DNA of 63,290 nt, counting the filler, from Chiloscyllium plagiosum (taxonomy: Eukaryota): the NCBI RefSeq assembly GCF_004010195.1. It is 5 parts of one record of this genome, joined end to end, with 100 filler letters (N's around TTAATTAATTAA, not from the genome) between each part and the next. Parts side by side here need not be neighbours in the genome. Positions count along the whole stretch, not along the records: positions 11,190 to 40,627 come from NC_057712.1; 4 more parts are not named here. One strand, 5' to 3'. Of this stretch, positions 11,310 through 25,544 are shown one piece after another. Each line of letters begins with the position of its first letter. The first letter of the stretch is position 1. A program made the position numbers and the translations under genes. A model generated the notes under the pieces. It was not told the origin of the DNA, searched no databases, and worked only from the letters and a program-made list of their open reading frames with translations.

Positions 11310-13492
11310 TCGTTCTATTATTGTTTGTTATTGTTATCGATCTGTTATTCTTTGTTATTGTAATCATTCTGTGAGTGTTTTTGATATCATCTGGTACAGT
11401 TTGTTAATGTTTGTTATTGTGATCACTCTCTGATATTGATATCACTCCATTATCAGTTGTTACCATCATTACTCATTTAATAGTTAGTATTATTATTATC
11501 TTTATCACACTGCCATTGATTGCTCTGTATAATGGCTTGGAGCGACCACCTCCTTTTATTTGTTTACTTGGCTTTGCTCACTGCCTGTTTGTATGTCTGT
11601 TGGTCTTTCTCTCTCTCTCTCTCTCTGTCTCTCTGTCTTTGTCCCTGTTTCTGTGTCTGTCTGTCTGTCTGTCTCTCAGTCTCTGCAGTTGTAAGTTATT
11701 GCTCTCTGACTCCCTCTCTCTGCAACCTTTCGTTATTCCTGGTTCTATATGTATAATTTTTTAACATTCCTGCCTCTGTGTCGATAATTGTTTAGAATGC
11801 ACTCTCACTGTCTTGAGTTACTCAGGATTTCACTTTCCTTCACTGTGTAATTGTTTGGCATTGATGACTATTTAACACAGAGTAATTGTTTGGTGTTACC
11901 ATGACTCTCAGAGAACATTTTAACATTGTGCATTTTCAATGTCTATGTTATATTTTGATATTGCTCTGTCTGAGTAATTGTTTCATATTACACTTTGGGA
12001 AATGGTTTGCTATTGCTTGGTCTTTGGAATTACTTTGTTTTCTACTTGTGTCGTCGTTAGGTATTAGTCTATGTAAGTCTGGTATCACAGTGTGTAACAT
12101 TTTGCTGTCGCACTCTCTGTATAAGTGTTTAGTATCGCTCTCTGGTTATTTCTTTCGCATTGCCTTGTTCTGTAGTTGCTTGATAATTGTTTGTTATTAC
12201 TTTTACTGTGTAATTGTTTGGTGTTATCGCCCCTCTGTAATTGTTGCGCTTACTCTCCCAGTGTAATTTTGGTGTTAATCTCCCTGTGTAATTGTTTGCT
12301 GTTACTCTCCCTGTGTAATTGTTTGGAGTTACTCTCTTTGTGTAATGTTTTGGCGTTACTCTCCTTGTGTAACTGTTTAGTGTTACTCTCTCCATGTAAG
12401 TGTTTGCTGTTACTCTCCCTGTGTAATTATTTAGTGTTACTCTCCCTGTGTAAGTGTTTGATGTCACTCTCCCTGTTAATTGTTGGTATTACTCTCCCTG
12501 TGTAAGTGTTTGTTATTACTCCCCCTGTGTAATTGTTTAGTATTACTCTCCCTGTGTAATTGTTTGATGTCACTCTCCCTGTTAATTGCTTGTATTACTC
12601 TCCCTGTGTAAGTGTTTATTATTACTCTCCCTGTGTAATTGTTTAGTATTACTCTTGTTGTTAATTGTTTGATGTCACTCTCCCTGTTAATTGTTTGTAT
12701 TACTCTCCCTGTGTAAGTATTTGTTATTACTCTCTCTCTGTGTAATGATTTAGTGTTACTCTCCCTGTGTAACTGTTTCTTATTACTTTCACTGTGTAAG
12801 TGTTTGTTATTACTCCCCCGTGTAAGTGTTTGTTATTACTCTCCCTGTGTAATTGTTTAGTGTTACTCTCCCTGTGTAATTGTTTAGTGTTACTCTCCCT
12901 GTGTAATGATTAAGTGTTATTCTCCCTGTGTAACTGTTTCTTATTACTCTCCCTGTGTAAGTGTTTGTTATTACTCTCCCTGTGTAATTGGTAATAGAGT
13001 CATAGACCTGTACAGCACAGAAGCAGACACTTTGGTCCAACCTACCCATGCTGACCAGATATCCTAACCTAATCTAGTCCTATTTGCCAGCACTTTGCCC
13101 ATCTCTATCGAAACCCAACCAATTCATATACCTGTCCAAATGCCTTTTAATTGTTGTAATTGTATTAACCTCCACCAGTTCGTCTGGCATCTCAGTCCAC
13201 ACATGTACCACCTTGTGCATGAAACTGTTGCCCCCTGGGCCTTCTTTAGATTACACACCCTATGTAATTGTTTGTTATTACTCCTCCTGTTAATTAGTTG
13301 GTGTTGTTCTCCCTGAATAATTGTTTGTTATTACCTTCCCAGTCTAATTGCATTGCGTTTCTCTCCCTGCTGATTTTTGGCAATACTTTCCTTGTGTAAT
13401 TGTTTGATATTACTCTCCCTGGCTAATTGTTTCTTATTCCTTTCCCTGTTAATAGTATTGTGTTACTCTCCCTGTGTAATTGTTTAGAGTTA
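11310..13492. repeat. Satellite, 27-bp unit (TGTGTAATTGTTTAGTGTTACTCTCCC), degenerate at the left end
   Basis: Period of 27 is clear over 12230-12990; the minus-strand ORFs repeat NNYTGRVTL. Confidence 0.9.
12992..13240 (-). mobile_element. CR1 LINE 3' tail inserted in the satellite
   Basis: atagagtcatagacctgtacagcacagaagcagac..., homologous to the 9505 tail. Confidence 0.8.
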
Positions 13493-13992
13493 NNNNNNNN
13501 NNNNNNNNNNNNNNNNNNNNNNNNNNNNNNNNNNNNNNNNNNNNNNNNNNNNNNNNNNNNNNNNNNNNNNNNNNNNNNNNNNNNNNNNNNNNNNNNNNNN
13601 NNNNNNNNNNNNNNNNNNNNNNNNNNNNNNNNNNNNNNNNNNNNNNNNNNNNNNNNNNNNNNNNNNNNNNNNNNNNNNNNNNNNNNNNNNNNNNNNNNNN
13701 NNNNNNNNNNNNNNNNNNNNNNNNNNNNNNNNNNNNNNNNNNNNNNNNNNNNNNNNNNNNNNNNNNNNNNNNNNNNNNNNNNNNNNNNNNNNNNNNNNNN
13801 NNNNNNNNNNNNNNNNNNNNNNNNNNNNNNNNNNNNNNNNNNNNNNNNNNNNNNNNNNNNNNNNNNNNNNNNNNNNNNNNNNNNNNNNNNNNNNNNNNNN
13901 NNNNNNNNNNNNNNNNNNNNNNNNNNNNNNNNNNNNNNNNNNNNNNNNNNNNNNNNNNNNNNNNNNNNNNNNNNNNNNNNNNNNNNNNNNNN

Positions 13993-14057
13993 GCTTTTCC
14001 AGCACTACATTCTCGATTCTGATCTCTATCTAGCATCTGCAGTCCTCACTTTCTCCC
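13993..14057 (+). mobile_element. PLE pLTR tail next to a gap
   Basis: gcttttccagcac...agcatctgcagtcctcactttctcc. Confidence 0.65.
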
Positions 14058-17042
14058 ATTGTTCCCACTTTGTAATTCATTAATATTTCTCTCTCTGCAT
14101 AATGTTTTGGTATTGCTCTGTCGAAGGAACTGTTTCATAATACTCTCCCTGTGTAATTGATTTGTATTGCTCAATTGGTGTAAACATTTGCATATAATTG
14201 TTTAGCATTGCTCAAACTGTGTAATTGATTTGTATAGTTTTGTGAGTAATTGCTTTGTATTTCTGTGAGTAATTGATTGAAATTGCTCCATGAGTAATTG
14301 CTCGCTATTTCGGTGATTAATTGATTGGTATTGCTCTGTGAGTAATTGATTGTTATTGTATTGTTGATAACTCATTGGTATTGCTCTGTGATTAATGGAT
14401 TGGTATTGCTCTGTGGGTAATTCATTGGTACTGCGTTCTCTTTGTGTAATTGACTGGTATGGTTCTGTGCGTAATTGATTGGTATTGCTCTGTGGGTAAT
14501 TAATTGGTATCACTCTGTGAGTAATTGATTGGTCATGCTCTATGAGTAATTGCTTGGTATTTCTTTGAGTAATTGATTCGTATTGCCCTGTGAGTAACTG
14601 ATTGATATTTCTGTGGGTAATTGATGGGTATTGCTGTATGAGTAATTGATTGCTATTGCTTTGTGGGTAATTGGTTGGTATTGCTCTGTGAGTAATTGAT
14701 TGGTATTGCTTTCGCTCTGCATAATTGACTGGAATTGCTCTGTGTGTAATTGGCATTGCTCTGAGGGTAAATAATTGCTAATGCTCTGTGGGTAATTGAT
14801 TGGAATTGCTCTGTGGGTAATTGATTGGAATTGCTCTGTGGGTAATTGATTGGTATTGCTTCATGGGTAATTGATTGATATTGCTCTGTGAGTTATTGAT
14901 TGGTATTGGACTGTGGGTAATTGATGGGTATTACCCTGTGAGTAATTAATTTCTATTTCTGTGAGTAATTGATTGGTGTTGCTTGCTTTCTCACTGTGTA
15001 ATTGACTGGCATGGTTATGTGGGTAATTGATTGGTATCACTCTGTTGGTAATGGTTTGGTATTGCTCTGTGTGTAATTGACTGGTATTGCTCTATATGAG
15101 TCATTGATTCATATTGCTCCGTGTGTAATTGATTGGAATTGCTCTGTGGGTAATTGATTGGTATTACCCTGTGAGTAATTGATTGGTGTTGCTCTGTCAG
15201 TAATTATTTGATACTGCTTTCTCACTGTGTAATTGACTGGTATTGTTATGTGGGTAATTGATTGGTATTGCTCTGTTGGTAATGGTCTGGTATTGCTCTG
15301 TGTGTAATTGACCGGTATTGCTCTGTTTGTAACTGATTGGAATTGCTCTGTGGGTTATTGATTGGCATTGCTCTGTGAGTAATTGATTGTCATTGCTGTG
15401 GTTGGTTGATTGGTAATGCTCTGTGAGTAATTGATTGGCATTGCTCTATGGGCAATTGATTTGTATTGCCCTGTGGGTAGTTCATTGGTATTGCTCTGTG
15501 GATAATTGATTAGTATTGCTCTCTGTGTAACTGATTGGAATTGCTCTGTGAGTAATTGATTTGTATTGCTCTGTGGGTAATTGATTGATATTGCTTTATG
15601 AGTAATTGAAGTATTTTGCACAGTGAGTAATTCCTATTGCTTTGTGGGTGCTTGGTTGGTGATGAACTGTGAGTAATTGATTGGTATTGTGCTGTGAGTA
15701 ATCATTTGACATTGCTTTCCCTCTGTGTAATTGACAGGTGTTGCTCAGTGAATAATTGATTGCTATTGCTCTGTGGATAATTGATTGCTATTACTCTGTG
15801 AGTAATTGATTGGTATTGCGCAGTGTGGACTTCATTGGTATTGCTCTGAGAATAATTGGTAATGTTCTGTGGTAATTGATTGGTATCGCTCTGTGGGTAA
15901 TTGTTTGGTATTGCTCTGTGTGTAATTGATTTCTATTGCTCTGAGAGTAATTGATTCCTATTGCTCTGTGGATAATTGATTGGCATTACTCTGTGAGTAA
16001 TTGATTGCTATTGCTCTGTGATTAAATGATTGGCATTACTCTGTGAGTAATTGATTGGTACTTCTTTATCTATATAATTGACTTGGATTGTTCTTTGTGT
16101 AATTGATTGGTATTGCTCTGAGAGTAATTGATTGGTATTGCTCTGTGTGTAATTGATTGGAATTGATCTGTGGGTAATTGGTTGGTATTGCTCTGTGAGT
16201 AATTGCTTTGTACTGCTTTCTCTCTATAATTCACTGGTATTCTTGTGTGTATAATTGATGGTATTGCTCTGTGAATAATTGATTGCTATTGCTCTGTGAG
16301 TAATTGATTGGTATTGGTCTGTGGATAATTGGTTGGTATTGCTCTGTGGGTGATTGGCTATTGTTCTGTGATTAATTGATTGGTATTGCTCTGCGAGTAA
16401 TAGATTGGTTTTGCTTTTTCTCTGTGTAACTGACTGGGTTTGCTATGTGTGTAATAGATTGATATTGCCCTGTGGGTAATTCATTGGTATTACTCTGTGG
16501 GTAGTTCTTTGGTATTGCTCTGTGAGTAATTGATTGGTATTGCTCTGTGTGTAATTGATTGGTATTGCTCTGTGTGCAATTGATTGGTATTGCTCTGAGA
16601 GTAAATGATTGGTATTGCTTTGTGTGTAAATTGATTGCAATTGCTCTGAGGGTTATTGATTGGTATTACTCCTTGAGTAATTGATTGGCATTGTACAATG
16701 AGTAATTAATTTGTACTGCTCAATGGGTAATTGATTGGTATTGCTCTGTGATTAATTGATTGGTATTGCTGTGGGTAATTCATTCCTTTTGCTCTGTGAG
16801 TATTTGATTGGCATTGCTCTGTGGGTAATTCGTTGGTATTATGCTGTGAGTAATTGATTAGTATTGCTCTGCGAGTAATTGCTTGGTATTTATTTGAATA
16901 ATTGATTGGCATTGCACTTATGAATAAATCATTGGTATTTCTGTGAGTAATGGGTATTGCTCGGTGAGAAATTGAATGGTATTGTTCGGTGAGTAATTGA
17001 TTGGTATTGCTCTGTGTGTAATTGATTGGTTTTGCTCTGTGA

Positions 17043-19232
17043 CTAGGTCATTGCATTACACTGGGATACACTTAACGTCAGAGGTCTGGATGGGGTAGAA
17101 TTTGTAAGAAGCATCCAGGAGAGTTTTCTAGAGCAGTATGTCAATAGTCTGACGAGAGAAGGGGCCATATTAGAACTGGTACTGGGGAATGAGCCAGGAC
17201 AGATGGTAGAAGTTACGGTTGGGGATTTCTTTGGGAACAGTGACCACAATTCTGTAAGTTTTAGAATACTCGTAGATAAAGAAGAGAGTGGTCCTAAGGG
17301 AAGAGTGCTAAACTGGGCCAAGACCAATTATATCAAAATTAGGCAGGAGCTCAGAAATGTGGATTGGACACAGCTATTTGAAGGGAAGTCCACATTTGAG
17401 ATATGGGAGGCTTTCAAAGATAGGTTAAAGATAGTGCAGGATAGGCATGTCCAGTTGAAAGCAAAGGATAGGAAGGGCAAGATTCATGAGAAATTGTACG
17501 ACTAGCCAAGAGGAAAAGGGAAGCATACATAAGGTCTAGCCAGCTAAGAACAGAATGGGCCCTGGAGGAATATCGGAAGAGTAGGACCAATCTTAAATGA
17601 GGAATCAAGTGGGCTAAAAGGGGTAATGAAATAGCTTTAGCGAGCAGAATTAAGGAGAATCCCAAAGCCTTTTATTCTTATGTAAGAAGCAAGCGGGTAA
17701 CTAGAGAAAGGGTTGGTCCACGAAAGGATAACAAAGGAAGGCTGTGTGCCGAACCTGAGAGAATGGGTGTGATTCTGAATGATTACTTTACATCAGGGTT
17801 CACTGAGGAGAGGAACATGATGAATGTCGAGGTTAGAGATAGAAGTTTGATTAGCCTGGATCACGTTGACATATGTAGGGAAGATGTGTTGGGTGGGCTA
17901 GAGGTTATTAAGGTGGACAAATCCCCAGGACCGGATGGGATCTATCCCAGGTTGCTGAGGGAGGGGAGATAGGAAATAGCAGGGGCCCTGACAGATATCT
18001 TTGTGGCATCCTTAAATACAGGTGAGGTGCTGGAGGACTGGAAGGTTGCTCATGTTGTCCCCCTGTACAAGAAGGGATATTCCGGGTAACTACAGACCAG
18101 TGAGCCAGACGTCATTGGTGGGAAAGTTGCTGGGGAAGGTACTGAGGGATAGGATCTATTTATATTTAGAAAAGAATGGGCTTATCAGTGATAGGCAACA
18201 TGGTTTGTGCTGGGAAGATCATGCCTTACCAACTTAATTGAGTTCTTTGAGGAAGTGACCAAGTTGATAGATGAAGGAAGGGCTGTTGATGTCATATACA
18301 TGGACTTTAGTAAACGTTTGATAAGGTTCCCCTTGGTAGACTAATGGAGTAAGTGAAGTCACATGGTGTGCAGGATGTTCTAGCCAGGTGGATAAAGAGT
18401 TGGTTGAGCAACAGGAGACCGTAGTAGTTGAAGGGAGTTTCTTGAAGTGGAGAAAGGTGACCAGTGGTGTTCCACAGGGATCAGTGCTGAGGCCACTGTT
18501 GTTTGTAATATATATAAATAATCTGGAAGAAGGCACTGCTGGTATGATCAGCAAGTTTGCAGATGACATGAAGNNNNNNNNNNNNNNNNNNNNNNNNNNN
18601 NNNNNNNNNNNNNNNNNNNNNNNNNNNNNNNNNNNNNNNNNNNNNNNNNNNNNNNNNNNNNNNNNNNNNNNNNNNNNNNNNNNNNNNNNNNNNNNNNNNN
18701 NNNNNNNNNNNNNNNNNNNNNNNNNNNNNNNNNNNNNNNNNNNNNNNNNNNNNNNNNNNNNNNNNNNNNNNNNNNNNNNNNNNNNNNNNNNNNNNNNNNN
18801 NNNNNNNNNNNNNNNNNNNNNNNNNNNNNNNNNNNNNNNNNNNNNNNNNNNNNNNNNNNATTGAGGTTTACAAAATCATGAAGGGTATAGACAGGGTGGA
18901 TAGAGACAAGCTTTTTCCCAGGGTGAAGGATTCAATAACGAGAGGTCACGCTTTCAAGGTGAGAGGTGGAAAGTTTTTAAGGGGGATACACGCGGCAAGT
19001 ACTTCACACAGAGGGTGGTGAGCGTTTGGAATGCATTACAATCAGAGGTGGTCGAAGCAGGCATGGTAGATTCATTTAAGATGTGTCTGGACAAATGCAT
19101 GAGTAGGTGGGGAGCAGAGGGATATAGATGCTTAGGAATTGACTGACAGGTTTAGACAGTACATTTGCATCGGCTCAGGCCTGGAGGGCCGAAGGGCCTG
19201 TTCCTGGGCTGCAAATTGTCTTTGTTCTTTGT
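17043..19232 (+). mobile_element. CR1 LINE, 5'-truncated ORF2 with stops and frameshifts, inserted in the satellite
   Basis: SDHNSVSF; KSPGPDGIYPRLLRE; NYRPVS; SGVPQGSVLRPLLF; FADD; ttgttct-type tail. Confidence 0.93.
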
Positions 19233-21166
19233 ACTCTGAGATTGATTGATTGGTTTTACTCTGTGAGTAATTGATTAGTATTGCCCTGTGAATAATTGAT
19301 TTGTATTTATGTGGGTAAGTGATTGGTATTGCTCTGTAAGTAGATAATTGGTACTGCTTTCTCTCTGTGTAATTAACTGGTATCATGCTGTGGGTAATTG
19401 ATTGGCATTGCTCCGTGGGTAATTGATTGGCATTGCCCAGTAAGTAGCTCATTGTATTACTGTGTGAGTAATTGATTGGTATTGCTGCATGAGTATTTGA
19501 TTGGCATTGCTCTGTGAGTAATTGATTAGTATTACTGCGTGAGTATTCGATTGGCATTGCTCTGTGAGTAATTGATTGGCATTGCTGCGTGAGTATTTGA
19601 TTGGCATTGCTCTGTGAGTAATTGATTCGTATTACTGCATGAGTATTCGAGTGGCATTGCTCTGTGAGTAATTGATTGGTGTTGCTCTGTGAGTATTTGA
19701 TTGGAAATGCTGCATGTGTAATTGGCATTGCTCTGTGAGTAATTGATTGTTTTTGCTCTGTGAGTGATTGCTTTGTACTGCTCTGTGAGTAGATAATTGG
19801 TACTGCTTTCTCTCTGTGTAATTGACTGGTATCACTCTGTGAGTAATTGATTGGTATCACTCTGTGGGTAATTGATTGGTATTGCTCTGTGGGTTATTGA
19901 TTGGAATTGCTCAGTGGGTTATTGATTGGTGTTGCTCCATTGAGTAGTTGATTAGTATTGCTCTGTGGGTAGTTGATTAGTATTGTTCTGTGTGTAATTG
20001 ATTGGTTTTGCTCTGTGTGTAATTGATTGGTATTGCTCTGTGTGTCATTGATTGGTTTTGCTCTGTGGGTAACTGATTAGTATTGCTCTGTGGGTAGTTC
20101 ATTGTATTACTCTGTGTGTAATTGATTGGTATTGCTCTATGAGTATTTGATTGGCATTGCTCTGTGTATAATTGATTAGTATTGCCATGACAGTAATTGG
20201 CTGGTATTGTGCTGTAGTAATTGATTGGTATTGCTCTGTGGGTAATTGTTTGGTATTGCTCTGTGTGTAATTGATTGATATTTCTCTGTGATTAATTGAT
20301 TGGTATTGCTCTGTGAGTAATTGAGTGGTATTGCTCTGTGTGTAATTGATTGGTATTGCTCTGACAGTAATTGATTGGTATTGCTCTGTGGATAATTGAT
20401 TGGTATTACTCTGTGAGTAATTGATTTGTACTGCTTTCTCTTTCAAGAATTCGCTGGGATTGCTCTGTGGGTAATTGATTGGTATTGCTCTGCGGGTAGT
20501 TATTTGCTATTACTCTGTGAATAATTAGTTGGAATTGCTCTGTGATTAATTGATTAGTATTGCTCTGTGGGTAATTGATTGGTACTGCTTTCTCTCTGTG
20601 TAATTGACTGGGATTGCTGTGTGAGTAATTAGTTGGTATTGCTCTGTAGATAATTGATTGCTAGTAACCTGTGTGTAATTGATTGGTATTGCTCTGTGGG
20701 TAATTGATTGGTATTACTCCGTGGGTAATTGATTGTTACTGCTTTGTCTCTGTGTAATTGACTGTGGTTGCTCTGTGTGTAATTGATTCACATTGCTCTG
20801 TGTGTAATTGATTGCTATTGCTCTGTGAGTAATGAACTTGTTCTGCTCAGTGGGTAATTAATTGGTATTTGTCTGTGAGTAACTAATTGGTATTGCTCTG
20901 TGGGTATTTCATTGCTTTCACTCTGTGAGTATTTGATTGGCATTGCTCTGTAGGTAATTCATTGGTATTATGCTGTGAGTAATTGATTAGTACTGCTCTG
21001 TGAGTAACTGCTTGGTATTTATTTGAATAATTGATTGGTATTGCTCAATGAGTAAATAATTAATATTTCTGTGAGTAATTGATGGGTATTGCTCGGTGAG
21101 AAATTGATTGGTATTGATCAGTGAGTAATTGATTGGCTTTGTTCTGTGAGTAATTGATTGGTAATT

Positions 21167-21201
21167 AGATTAGATTTAGATTCCCTACAGTGTGGAAACA
21201 G
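21167..21201 (-). mobile_element. 35-bp extreme 3' tail of an HE1 SINE or its partner LINE
   Basis: agattagatttagattccctacagtgtggaaacag flanked by a GGTAATT duplication. Confidence 0.7.
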
Positions 21202-21732
21202 GGTAATTGTTTGGTATTGCTCTGTGATTGATTAATTGGTACAGCTTTCTCTCTTTGTAATTGACTGGGAATGATCTATGTGTAATTGATTTGTATTACT
21301 CTGTGTGTAATTGATCGGTAATGCTCTGACGGTATTTGATTGGCATTGCTCTGTGAGTAATTGATTGGTATTGCTCTGTGAGTAATTGATTGGTATTGCT
21401 CTGTGAGTAATTGATTTGCATTTCTGTGGAGAAGTGATTGGTATTGCTCTGTGAGTAGATAATTGCTACTGCTTTCTCTCTTTGTAATTGATTGGTATTG
21501 CTCTGTGGGTAATTGATTGGAATTGCTCAGAGCGTTATTGATTGGTGTTGCTACATGAGTAGTTGATTGGTATTGCTCTGTGGGTAATTGTTTGGTATTG
21601 TTCTATCTGTAATTGATTGTTTTTGCTTTGTGGGTAATTGATTGGAATTGCTCGGTGGGTTATTAATTGGTGTTGCTCCATGAGAAGTTGATTGGTATTG
21701 CTCTGTGGGTAATTGACTGATATTGCTCTGTG

Positions 21733-21890
21733 GAGAAAGTGAGGTCTGCAGATGCTGGAGATCAGAGCTGAAAATGTGTTGCTGGAACAGGAAGGGCTGA
21801 AGAAGGGCTTATGCCCGAAACGTCGATTCTCCTGTTCCCTGGATGCTGCCTGACCTGCTGCGCTCTTCCAGCAACACATTTTCAGGTCTG
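21733..21890 (+). mobile_element. PLE pLTR insertion with inverted ends and a hammerhead-like core
   Basis: CTGAAGA-a-GGGC-ttat-GCCC-GAAAC-GTC at 21797-21824; flanked by ctgatattgctctgtgg on both sides. Confidence 0.8.
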
Positions 21891-21916
21891 ATATTGCTCT
21901 GTGGCTAATTTATTGG

Positions 21917-22037
21917 GGTAAAAACAATGACTGCAGATGCTGGAAACCAGATTCTGGATCAGTGGTGCTGGAAGAGCACAGCAATTCAGGCAGCATGCTG
22001 CCTGAATTGCTGTGCTCTTCCAGCACCACTGATCCAG
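21917..22037. mobile_element. PLE-derived insertion containing a perfect 84-bp palindrome
   Basis: 21954-22037 is self-complementary with no spacer; TSD ggctaatttattgg. Confidence 0.85.
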
Positions 22038-25000
22038 GCTAATTTATTGGTATTGCCCTGTGGGGAGTTCATTGTGTTACTCTGTGAGTAACTGATTGGT
22101 ATTGCTGCGTGAGTATTTGATTGTCATTGCTCTGTGAGTATTTGATTGGTATTGCTCTGTGTGTAATTGATTGGTATTGCTCTGTGTGTAATTGATTGGT
22201 ATAGCTCTATGTGTAATTCATTGGTTTTGCTCAGTGGCTTATTGATTGGTGTTGCTCCATTGAGTAGTTGATTGGTATTGCACTGTGGGTAGTTGATTAG
22301 TATTGTTCTGTGTGTAATTGATTGGTTTTGCTCTGTGGGTAATTGATTGGTGTTGCTCCATTGAGTAGTTGATTGGTATTGCTCTGTGGGTAGTTGATTA
22401 GTATTGTTCTGTGTGTAATTGATTGGTTTTGCTCTGTGGGTAATTGATTCATATTGCTCTGTGGGTAGTTCATTGTATTACTCTGTGAGTAATTGATTGG
22501 TATTGCTCTGTGAGTAATTGATTGGTATTGCCCTGTGAGTAATTGATTTGTATTTCTGTGAGTAATTGATTGGTATTGCTCTGTGTGTAATTGATTGGTA
22601 TTGCTCTGTGTGTCATTGATTGGTTTTGCACTGTGGGTATCTGATTCATATTGCTCTGTGGGTAGTTCATTATATTACTCTGTGTGTAATTGATTGGTAT
22701 TGCTCTGTGAGTATTTGATTGGCATTGCTCTTGTGTAATTGATTAGTATTGCTCTGACAGTAATTGGCTGGTATTGTGCTGTGGTAATTGATTGGTATTG
22801 CTCTGTGGGTAATTGTTTGGTATTGCTCTGTGTGTAAGTAATTGATATTTCTCTGTGATTAATTGATTGGTATTGCTCTGTAATTGATTGGTATTGCTCT
22901 ATGAGTAATTGAGTGGTATTGAGCTGTGTGTAATTGATTGGTATTACGCTGTGTGTAATTGATTGGTACTGCTTTCTATCTGTGTAATTGACTGGGAATG
23001 CTGTGTGAGTAATTAATTGGTATTGCTCTGTGGATAATTGATTGCTAGTAACCTGCGTGTAATTGATTGGTAGTGATTTGTGAGTAATTGTTTGGCATAG
23101 CTCTGTGTGTAATTGATTGTTATTGCTCTGTGTGTAATTGATTGGTATTACTCTGTGAGTAATTGATTGGTATTACTCCGTGGGTAATTGATTGGTATTG
23201 CCCTGTGGGTAGTTCACTGTATTGCTCTGTGAGTATTTGATTGGCATTGCTATGTGGATAATTCAGAGGTATTTTGCTGCGAGTAATTGATTAGAATTGC
23301 TCTGCCAGTAATTGCTTGGCATTTATTTGACTAATTGATTGGTATTGCACTATGAGTAGCTGATTGTTATTTCTATGAGCAATGGGTATTGCTCTGTGAG
23401 TAATTGATTGGTATTGCTTGGTGAGTAATTGATTGGTATTGCTCTATGGGTAACTGGTATTACTCTGAAACTAATTAATTGGTACTGCTTTCTCGCTGTG
23501 TAATTGACTGGGATTGCTCTGTGTGTAATTTATTGGTGTTGCCCTGTGGGTAATTAATTGCTATTGCTTTATGGGTAATTGATTGGTATTGCTCTATGAG
23601 TAATTGTTTGGCATTGCTCTGTGAGTAATTGATTTGTATTGCTCTGTGAGTAATTGATTGGTATTGCTCTGTGTGTAATTGATTGGTATAGCTCTTTGTG
23701 TAATTTTTTGGTTGTGCTCTGTGGGTAGTTGATTGTATTGCTCTGTGTGTAATTGATTGGTATTGCTCTGTGTGTAATTGATTGGTATAGCTCTTTGTGT
23801 AATTTTTTGGTTGTGCCCTGTGGGTAGTTGATTGTATTGCTCTGTGAGTAATTGATTGGTATTGCCCTGTGAGTAATTGATTTGTATTTCTGTGGGTAAT
23901 TGATTGATATTGCTCTGTGACTAATTAATTGGTACTGCTTTCTGTCTGTGTAATTGACTGGGATTGCTGTGTGTGAAAATGATTGGTATTGCTCTGTGGG
24001 TAATTCATTCCTTTCGCTCTGTGAGTACTTGATTGGCATTGCTCTGTGGGTAATTCAGAGGTATTATGCTGCAAGTAATTGATTAGTATTGCTCTGCCAG
24101 TAATTGCTTAGCATTTATTTGAATAATTGATTGGCATTGCACTATGAGTAAATGATTGTTATTTCTATGAGCAATGGGTATTGCTCTGTGAGTAATTGAT
24201 TGATATTGCTCTATGGGTAACTGGTATTGCTCTGAAACGAATTAATTGGTACTGTTTTCTCTCTGTGTAATTGCCTCTGATTGCTCTGTGTGTAATTGAT
24301 TGGCTTTGCCCTGTGGATAATTAATTGCTCTTGCATTATGGGTGATTGATTGGTATTGCTCTACGAGTAGTTGATTGGTATTGCTATCTGAGTAATTGGT
24401 TGGGATTGCACTGTGTGTAATTGATTGGTATAGCTCTGTGTGTAATTCATTGGTTTTGCTCTGAGAGTATTTGATTGGCATTGTTCTGTAGGTAATTCAT
24501 TGGTATTATGCTGTGAGTAGTTGATTAGTATTGCTATGCGAGTAATTGCTTAGCATTTATTTGAATAATTGATTGGTATTGCACTATGAGGAAATGATTG
24601 TTATTTCTGTGAATAATGGGTATTGCTCTGAGTAATTCATTCATTTCACTCTATGAGTATTTGATTGACATTGCTCTGTGGGTAATTCATTGGCATTATG
24701 CTGAGAGTAATTCATTAGTACTGCTCTGTGAGTAATTGCTTGGAATTTATTTCAATAATTAATTGGTATTGCACTATGAGTAAATGATTGTTATTCCTGT
24801 GAGTAATGGGTATTGCTTTGTGAGTAATTTATAAGTATTGCTTTGTGAGTAATTTATTGGTATTGCTTGGTGAGTAATTGATTGGTATTGCTATATGGGT
24901 AACTGTTTGGTATTGCTCTGTGTGTAATTGATTAGTATTGCCCTGTGAGTAATTGATTTGTATTTCTGTGGGTAAGTGATTGGTATTGCTCTGTGAGTGA

Positions 25001-25544
25001 ATAATTGGTACAACTTTCTCTGTGTGTAATTGACTGGGATTGCTCTGTGTGTAATTGATTGGCATTGCGCTGTGGGTAATTAATTGCTATTGCTTTATGG
25101 GTAATTGATTGGTATTGCTCTGTGTGTAATTGATTGGTATTGCCCTGTGAGTAATTGATTTGTATTTCTATGTGTAATTGATTGGTATTGCTCTGTGTGT
25201 AATTGATTCACATTGCTCTGTGTGTAATTGATTGCTATTGCTCTGTGACTAATTAATTTGTTCTGCTCAATGGGTAATTGATTGGTATTGGTCTGTGAGT
25301 AATTCATTGGTACTATGCTGTGAGTAATTGATTAGTATTGCTCTGCGTGTAATTGCTTGGCATTTATTTGAATAATTGATTGGTATTGCTCTGTGAGTAA
25401 ATGATTAGTGTTTCTCTGAGTAATTGATGGGTATTCCTTGATGAGAAATTGTTTGCATTGTTCGGTGAGTAATTGATTGGTATTGCGCATGGGTAATTGT
25501 TTGCTATTGCTTTGTGACAAATTATTTGTTACTGCTATGTCTCA

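Noticed and set aside
13427..14083. Long ORFs across the gap
   Set aside because: Almost entirely X residues.
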